From assembly GCA_964619725.1 (NCBI GenBank), contig CAZUFC010000137.1, forward strand, positions 1-20,058: 20,058 bases of DNA, written 5' to 3'. The first letter of the stretch is position 1. Each line of letters begins with the position of its first letter. This document shows, in pieces, positions 13,899 to 20,058 of this stretch. The notes beneath the pieces were generated by a model, which did no database searches, was not told the origin of the DNA, and saw nothing but the letters and a program-made list of their open reading frames with translations. The translations under genes and the position numbers were made by a program. The DNA comes from an uncultured bacterium (GTDB lineage Bacteria; CSSED10-310; CAZUFC01).

Positions 13899-16800
13899 TT
13901 ATTGAATAAGCGTTTTAAGCTTTTCAATTTCATTTTGCTGCGCTTTCACTAAAGCCAGGAGGAATCCCACAGCATGGTTCAGGCTGACGGTGTTTTCCTT
14001 TTGTCCGATTATTTCCTGGGGAGCGTTTTCTGAAAGACAGGTTATTTTATTCGATTCGCCTCCATGTTCCGAACCGGTCCGGTATATGTTCAATTCCATG
14101 TTTTCAAGTTTTTTCAGCAATTTAGAATAATCATCTTCATGAAGAGCGCGGCAATGATCCGGATTTTTATTCGGGGGTCTGAAGTCCCAGCCGTCAGCCA
14201 GTGCATTGCCTCCGCCCTCTTTCAACTCCAGGATATGAGTCGGATTCAAGGTTCCTATCCCCACATTACCGTCTCGCCGGATGACCGCTTTGGCGCTGAA
14301 AGCGGAAAAATTATCGTTATTAGCGCCGAAAAAGAGCGAACCGTCACTGACGCGCAAGTGAAAGTTTTCATCGGGATTCCCGTCCGTTTCCTGCAGTCCT
14401 ATTCCGGGAAGATCAGAAGCCAGCCATAATTCAGGTTTGACGACATTGGTTCCCGTGTTCTCCGCCTTGATAACGGGAATGAAATTATTAGTCGTCGCTA
14501 TATTCAACGGAAAAGCGGAAACATCCGTACCGATGCCGACATCGCCGGATACTTTCAGATCGCCTGCGAATGTGCCGTCTTCAGCTATGGGTATGCTGTC
14601 CAACCAGCGCTGCTCGCCCTGTCCGTTTGAAAAATCGGCTGCAGTCAGATTCCTGTTTCCCAGCATATAAAACCTGCTGTTAAGCAGATCGGTCATAACC
14701 GGATCAATGAACGTATTGTTAATAAGCGTGAAATGCGTACCTATTCCGCCGCTGGATGCGCTTTTTAAAACGCCGTCAAGCCTGGAACCGACGATTAATA
14801 TTCGTCCTGAGGCGAACGTGGAATTCACCTCATAATCCGTCGATCCTTCCCAGTGACAGGTGTAAAAGCTTACTGTTGCACCGCTGACGATATCGACGCC
14901 GCGTTCCGAAGCGCCGAATATGCAATGATCGAAAATACTGTTAGTTACGGCATTGATTTCGACGCAAACGCCAGTGGAGTCGGGATCGGATATCGTTACG
15001 TCGCTCAGACGCCAGTTGGCGCCTCCCAGGTGCTGTGCTCCCATTATGCCGAAATCGTAAATTTGTGTATCTTGAATCTTATTGTCGAAACCGTCGTCTC
15101 TTATTCCGGTATCGAATTTATCGACCATAACGTTTTCAATTACGCATTTCCAGTTCATGTCCTGAATGTCGATGCCGATATCGCCTGAACCGTTCAGCGA
15201 ATCAGGCCCCTGCAGACAAAGGTCGCGTATGCTGACCCTGCAAGCATCGACAATGATGAACGAGGACTCGCCGTCATAATGCAGCACAGCGCCGCCGCCC
15301 ATGTATCCGGGACCCCGCAAGGTGGAATAGTTCCTGCTTATTGTAAAGGAATCGCAGTAATATTCCTCTGTACGGCCGATATTAATAATACCGGCACCCG
15401 AAGAGATGGCTTTAGTCATATAAGCAGCGTTATTCGCAGCCGTTTCAGACGGATCAAAACCGAACCAGTCCGCAATAACTCCTGAACCGGCCGCAAGCAC
15501 ATCGCCTTCTCCTCTGAATATTTTGAAAGGTCCGGATTCTATTAATCCGTTTATCGTCAGAGTCGCTCCAGAAGCTATATTCAAAAAACCGCCATGTAGA
15601 AAATGAAGAACTACATTGGAGGGAACCGTCAGGTCCTCAGCAACCGTTTGCCCGTTCGCGATCAATATGGTCCGCTGATCCGGGCCTACATACGTTATCG
15701 CATCGTTGAGCGAAGCAAAAGACCTGACGTCGATTTGCGGTCCCCGGGCGATCAAGTCTCCCTCTACATGAAGCAGGGCCGCTGGAGAATCGGTCCCGAT
15801 ACCGACAGCCCCCGACGGCTTCAATCGCATGACCTCGTTTATAGCCGTTCCGTCCGAATAGTCGAAAACAAAATCTCTGTATTCCCCTTCACCTCTTTTC
15901 TGAATTCGAATGCCGTATTGAGTCGCGCCGGCATAACCGTTGTTGTAGATATCCATGAATTCGACGTTCGGTTCATCCCCGCGCACCAACGCCAATGTGG
16001 CTTCATGGCTGCCGAAAGAGGACGGCGGCGCCCATATCTGCATGACGGTATACTCCGGGGCGAACCTTCGAAGTATGCCGAATCCTGTGCCGCCACGGTA
16101 AAAGGCCAGGTCGGCGGCGCCGCCCCCAGGAGGAACGAAGTTATAACCTCCACCCTGAAGATATATATCGCCTCCTTTTATGTGCAGCTTTGATTGGGGA
16201 TGAGCTGTGCCGATTCCGATCCTTTCCGTCGTCTCGTCGTAATACGCTTCGGCGCCGGCAGCCAAACCGCCGGCGTTATATATAAACTGTCCGTCTGAAC
16301 CGCCCACAGGACCGGTTTCGCCACGGGGACCTGACGGCCCTGTGTCGCCGGTCGGCCCCGTCGGTCCTGCAGGACCCGTATCGCCCGAAGGTCCTGTTGG
16401 ACCCGAAGGACCGGTCGATCCCGTCAACCCTGCTTGTTCCCCCACCCATTCCCCCGATGAATTAACCACCAGACCGTAATCCGATATGGAAACGCTTCCG
16501 GGATGAATGTCCTGCCCGTACACATCTTCCGACTGCTCGCTCCAATACGACTGTCCAACGCTTGACAACCTTTGACGAGGCGTCAGTATCTCTCCCTCTG
16601 CCTCTATCTCCAGCCAGAATATTCCGTCAAAATCCATATCGATCGGCGTCTCGATTCCCAGTTGAACATGAAATAACCCCTCTTCAACTGAAACCGCATC
16701 CTGACTCTCTTGCCAACGATGCGTTCCCCCGGACTCCGTATCAAAAATCCGAAAAACAAATGAATAGCCACCGGTTAAAGGCTCCCCGCTCGAATCGGTC

Positions 16801-16901
16801 AAATAACCCTGGTAACTTATCTGATGAGATATCAAAGCGCTTCCGGCAGGCGCTATTGCTGCCAGTGCGGCTGTTAAGAAAATCAAAAAACTTCTTTTCA
16901 T
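13899..16901 (-). CDS. Secreted fibre/tailspike-like protein: YQG N-domain, collagen stalk, GxVGIGT repeats, right-handed beta-helix, degenerate S74-like C-terminal chaperone (~1000 aa)
   Basis: Probable start at ATG 16901 (MKRSFLIFL.., RBS AAAGGGA). [20 protein letters not shown]-domain. 14 Gly-X-Y triplets. Four (V/I)GIGT repeats. Pectate-lyase-like region from [16 protein letters not shown] with I-x-N/D rungs. C-terminal coiled coil [12 protein letters not shown]. Confidence 0.85.
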   Translation of the reverse strand: MKRSFLIFLTAALAAIAPAGSALISHQISYQGYLTDSSGEPLTGGYSFVFRIFDTESGGTHRWQESQDAVSVEEGLFHVQLGIETPIDMDFDGIFWLEIEAEGEILTPRQRLSSVGQSYWSEQSEDVYGQDIHPGSVSISDYGLVVNSSGEWVGEQAGLTGSTGPSGPTGPSGDTGPAGPTGPTGDTGPSGPRGETGPVGGSDGQFIYNAGGLAAGAEAYYDETTERIGIGTAHPQSKLHIKGGDIYLQGGGYNFVPPGGGAADLAFYRGGTGFGILRRFAPEYTVMQIWAPPSSFGSHEATLALVRGDEPNVEFMDIYNNGYAGATQYGIRIQKRGEGEYRDFVFDYSDGTAINEVMRLKPSGAVGIGTDSPAALLHVEGDLIARGPQIDVRSFASLNDAITYVGPDQRTILIANGQTVAEDLTVPSNVVLHFLHGGFLNIASGATLTINGLIESGPFKIFRGEGDVLAAGSGVIADWFGFDPSETAANNAAYMTKAISSGAGIINIGRTEEYYCDSFTISRNYSTLRGPGYMGGGAVLHYDGESSFIIVDACRVSIRDLCLQGPDSLNGSGDIGIDIQDMNWKCVIENVMVDKFDTGIRDDGFDNKIQDTQIYDFGIMGAQHLGGANWRLSDVTISDPDSTGVCVEINAVTNSIFDHCIFGASERGVDIVSGATVSFYTCHWEGSTDYEVNSTFASGRILIVGSRLDGVLKSASSGGIGTHFTLINNTFIDPVMTDLLNSRFYMLGNRNLTAADFSNGQGEQRWLDSIPIAEDGTFAGDLKVSGDVGIGTDVSAFPLNIATTNNFIPVIKAENTGTNVVKPELWLASDLPGIGLQETDGNPDENFHLRVSDGSLFFGANNDNFSAFSAKAVIRRDGNVGIGTLNPTHILELKEGGGNALADGWDFRPPNKNPDHCRALHEDDYSKLLKKLENMELNIYRTGSEHGGESNKITCLSENAPQEIIGQKENTVSLNHAVGFLLALVKAQQNEIEKLKTLIQ
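16305..16430 (-). repeat. Collagen-like Gly-X-Y repeat (14 triplets) within the fibre gene
   Basis: [42 protein letters not shown]. Confidence 0.9.
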
Positions 16902-17321
16902 TAGTCGGTGTCCCTTTGAAAAAATTATCATTCATAATTCCATGCAACCTTCTGTATAGTATAAAATCACAAGAATCGCAAATCGCAACATCAGTTGTCG
17001 AATTTGCGGCATTAATCAAAAGCGCTCATATCGAGGTGACAATTCGACGCTGAATTGACCCGGACGGACTTTACGGCGATTTTATCAATTCCAGTCTTAA
17101 AAAAGCGCTGTTGCGTGATTTGATTCCGCATTCGGCATCTACTCCATTGCCTGTCTGGTTTGAAATGAGGCTGACCGGTTCTCCTGAAAAATTGCCTAAC
17201 GACGCTTAAATCCAATATCGGTCCAGCACGCTAATCAACTTACTCCAAGGAACTTCAACTCCACCAAGATAGCATATACACACCTTGTCCAACGGAAGAA
17301 CATCAGCCTTGAGAGCTGAAC

Positions 17322-17705
17322 TCATTCAAACTGTATCCTCGCTGTCCTCGGGATAAGCAGCAGGCCCGAAAGAGCAAAGATTATTAACAGCCCGATGCCG
17401 ACAGCGTAGTAGCCAAAGGAACCGGGAAAAAACTACTTTGAACCGAAACGGGCTTTTCCGCCCATCATCAGTCCAATCATCGCTATTGCAGTAAAAAAGA
17501 AGGAGAGAGCTAAGGCGCTCTTCCTGGCGGCGTTGCTTCAATTCTGTATTTTGGAACCCAGTGGGAACCAGAGCATGAAGGAGAAATCAAAAACTATACG
17601 CTTAGTCCAGAATACCATCAACATGCTCAGGACCAGGGAGATAAGTGATAACCACCCCAGGAAAGAGTAAAATTTCCCTGCAATTTTAGGATAATCCATC
17701 GTCAT
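17322..17705 (-). pseudogene. Decayed small multi-pass membrane protein gene (~127 codons)
   Basis: A single frame reads MTMDYPKIAGKFYSFLGWLSLISLVLSMLMVFW..KIQN*SNAARKSALALSFFFTAIAMIGLMM..SK*FFPGSFGYYAVGIGLLIIFALSGLLLIP..QFE*. Internal stops are at 17538-17540 (TGA) and 17433-17435 (TAG). Confidence 0.65.
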
Positions 17706-17785
17706 TCGCTATATTATTCAGAAAGGTGTTGCTGATCACGATAATTACCTCATTAAACAGCATATCAATCGAGCGGCAGCATTGC

Positions 17786-18250
17786 TGCAATTTCTTCACC
17801 TTATTCTCGATGATCTTCCTTAATTTGTCATACGTCAACGGCGGTCTCCGGTAAATGTTCTTTTCGTCCATAAACAATGCGTCCGATGAACCCCTTTCGG
17901 GTATGGCTTCCCGACGGCTTGTATCTATCTCCCGATAAATAACCTTTTCGCCGAATTTACTGCAGACTCTTTCAGTGCGCTCTATCATGCCGTTGATCCT
18001 GGAACGCCATCCATTTGCCGGGGCTGTTACCACAACCTTACCGCGAACCCGCTCCGGCTTCTTTTTCGTTTTGATCCATCAAGGAGGAATAACATCATCT
18101 GTGAAAGTTTTCCACCGCAATACGCTGATGCCTTTTCTGTCCGCCTTCCGATACCCATGTTTTTTGAACCATCCCGCGAGCATAAAAAACGGCAGGAGCA
18201 ATCCCCATACAACCAATCACGTTGACTGACGAGTCTTTGCATCGTCTTCC
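17786..18250 (-). pseudogene. 3' half of a GNAT-family acetyltransferase gene with a thioredoxin/YoaP-like tail, decayed
   Basis: A single frame reads EDDAKTRQST*LVVWGLLLPFFMLAGWFKKHGYRKADRKGISVLRWKTFTDDVIPP*WIK..GKVVVTA..NGW..FGEKVIYREIDTS..DALFMD..PPLTYDKLRKII. It contains the GNAT-type WFKKHGY motif. TGA at 18217-18219 and 18079-18081; the 5' part is absent. Confidence 0.7.
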
Positions 18251-18376
18251 GGAGAACGTAACTCGAATGTATAGTCTGCAACTATTCGATTACAGGAACC
18301 GACTGAATAAAAGCCCGAAAGATTACTTCTCAAACTCCGAAATCGGCATCTGACAACGCCGTCTGGACGAAGATGA

Positions 18377-19642
18377 TTAAGGTTGAACGGCCAGAACCTG
18401 GACGGCTCCCGAAGCGAATTTGACGCATAATTGAGTTTTCCCGGCGCCGTTATCCCGTAAAAACAGGTAAGCTCTGTTGACGGGAGCGCCGGAAGGTTCG
18501 GATATTTCATTAAGTTCTATTTTATCTTTGACCCAGAGTTCGCCGTTCATATCGATCGAACCGTTATAACCTCTCATGTATATCGTACTCCCGCCGGTCG
18601 AGGCGAAAAACGTAAGAGAAGATGATTGTCCGTAACCGCCGATGGAAACCTGTGAAGAAGAAGCATTGAAGCCGGTATAGTTCTGGTAGTTTCTTACGGA
18701 AAGGCTTCCCCCGCCGCCGTTGCCTCCTATAATCATGCTTTGGGACTCTGGATCGATGTCGACGGCCAGCTTATCGCTGCTGTCCTTCAGATGGAAGTCT
18801 CTGCCCTGTATAGCGCCGGCGTTGAGTTTTCTGAATTGTCCGATTTCACATTCGCAGGCCGATTCGTTGAAAAGCAGGGTCCAGGCGTTCAGAGTCGTGA
18901 CGGTTCCGCCTGTGCCTGTCATGACCGTCAATGTCCACGTTCCGTCAGCGTCTTCACCGGCGAAGTCCGACATATCGCCGTCTGCGGGAAAACGATCCTT
19001 GTCGACGTTAAGCTGAACCGACTCGCCGTACGACGAACTCCAAATCTGAACGTTCGTTCCGTCAGGGGATTCCAGGGTGATATATGAAATTTCACCGGTA
19101 GGATTCAAATTAAGATCGACAGTTACGTTTTCCAGTGAAACAGGTCCGCCTGATATGTCGATATAGGAAGTTATGCTTTCGCCGGCAAAACTTTCCGTTA
19201 TCGGCGTATCCTGACTGGGATAACTCACTGCATCGCTGCCGGATTGCAGTTTTTGCGCTGAATCAGCAGCAAATGCAAAAGGAACGCTCGCAATCCTTAA
19301 CCTCGGAGTCATCTCAGGGTCTGAACCGACTCGTATCCCCATCCAGCGCTCAGAACCCTCGAAAATCCCTCCGGTCACCGGAGTCATACCGCCCAACAAA
19401 ACATGTAAATGTCCTTCCTGAACCATAACGCCGGGATGCGTTTCCGTCCAGAGAGCTGCGCCGCCCGCAGCCTGATCGTAAATCGTGAAAACTATGTCGT
19501 AACTTCCGGACAGAGGATTCTCCGCACTGTCCGTCAAATAAGCCTGATAATTAATCAGATGAGGCACGTCTGCGCTGACTGTGCCGATGACAAAAAAAAC
19601 CGTAATGAAAAAAATGATGCTGAATAAATTTCTCTTCGTCAT
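18377..19642 (-). CDS. Secreted short fibre-like protein: YQA N-domain, proprotein-convertase P-domain-like insert, Gly/Ser-rich beta shaft
   Basis: 421 aa, signal peptide ending VSA, RBS AAAGGGGG. VPHLINYQAYLTD..MTPRLRIASVPFA N-domain. P-domain pattern VTVDLNL..ITLESPDGT..FAGEDADGTWTLTV..TLNAWTLLF. Confidence 0.8.
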   Translation of the reverse strand: MTKRNLFSIIFFITVFFVIGTVSADVPHLINYQAYLTDSAENPLSGSYDIVFTIYDQAAGGAALWTETHPGVMVQEGHLHVLLGGMTPVTGGIFEGSERWMGIRVGSDPEMTPRLRIASVPFAFAADSAQKLQSGSDAVSYPSQDTPITESFAGESITSYIDISGGPVSLENVTVDLNLNPTGEISYITLESPDGTNVQIWSSSYGESVQLNVDKDRFPADGDMSDFAGEDADGTWTLTVMTGTGGTVTTLNAWTLLFNESACECEIGQFRKLNAGAIQGRDFHLKDSSDKLAVDIDPESQSMIIGGNGGGGSLSVRNYQNYTGFNASSSQVSIGGYGQSSSLTFFASTGGSTIYMRGYNGSIDMNGELWVKDKIELNEISEPSGAPVNRAYLFLRDNGAGKTQLCVKFASGAVQVLAVQP

Positions 19643-19917
19643 GAAAAACCCCCTTTAAAGCGATTAACGGTAAAAAAATTTCCTTTTTAAATACTGCCAT
19701 AAACGACGCATTAAGTAAACACGGCAAGATGAGGATGATCGATAGTCGAAATTCTGGGACGGCTCAAATAACGGATAACATTTTGGACTTGTAAAAAAAA
19801 AATTAATTTTTACTCACCATGCCGGGGCGGACAGGCGCTGCGAGTTTTTTATCCAGAAATGAGGGGATGGATCAAACCGTAAAAGCACTTCTTTCAAAAC
19901 GCTTGACAGTTTGTTTC

Positions 19918-20058
19918 GGGATCGGGGTCGTGATCGGGATCGGGGGCGTGATCGGGATCGGGGTCGTGATCGGGATCGGGGTCGTGATCGGGATCGGGGG
20001 CGTGATCGGGATCGGGATCGGGGTCGGGATCGGGATCGGGGTCGGGATCGGGATCGGG
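19918..20058. repeat. Hexamer tandem array (GGGATC/GGGGTC/GTGATC), at least 23 units, running off the window end
   Basis: Directly visible. 18-bp higher-order period over the first 15 units; 16 GATC sites. Confidence 0.95.

Noticed and set aside
17012-17325. Short minus-strand ORFs (39-aa MSSALK.. and the 67-aa track ORF)
   Set aside because: Short with no recognisable motif; may be remnants but cannot be supported.
17322-18250. TGA recoding (Gly/Trp/Sec) explaining the internal stops
   Set aside because: One internal stop is TAG, intact genes here (254-1702, vapC) end in TGA, and the GNAT remnant shows other signs of decay.
10550-19642. Prophage tail region
   Set aside because: The fibre genes have signal peptides and mixed orientation, and no other phage genes are present.

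Overview
Accessory, surface-protein-rich bacterial region with no housekeeping genes, rRNA, tRNA or CRISPR array. Both ends fall inside repeats, so it may be a whole contig. It encodes a secreted beta-propeller-type protein (254-1702), a vapBC-type toxin-antitoxin pair, a 1706-aa FG-GAP/FN3-like surface protein with an IPTL-CTERM-like anchor, a solitary nucleotidyltransferase, a secreted C39-like peptidase and three signal-peptide-bearing fibre proteins. The three fibres share an N-terminal 'YQG/YQA' domain but carry different phage-tail-fibre-like shafts and tips (peptidase-G2-like chaperone; collagen + beta-helix + degenerate S74-like chaperone; P-domain). No phage structural genes are nearby. 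The left 9 kb records a segmental duplication followed by reciprocal, microhomology-bounded deletions. A family of non-coding elements (36-bp terminal motif plus hexamer arrays) is dispersed through the intergenic DNA. Two decayed genes missed by the ORF track lie at 17.3-18.3 kb. All family assignments come from motif recognition by eye, not from database searches.
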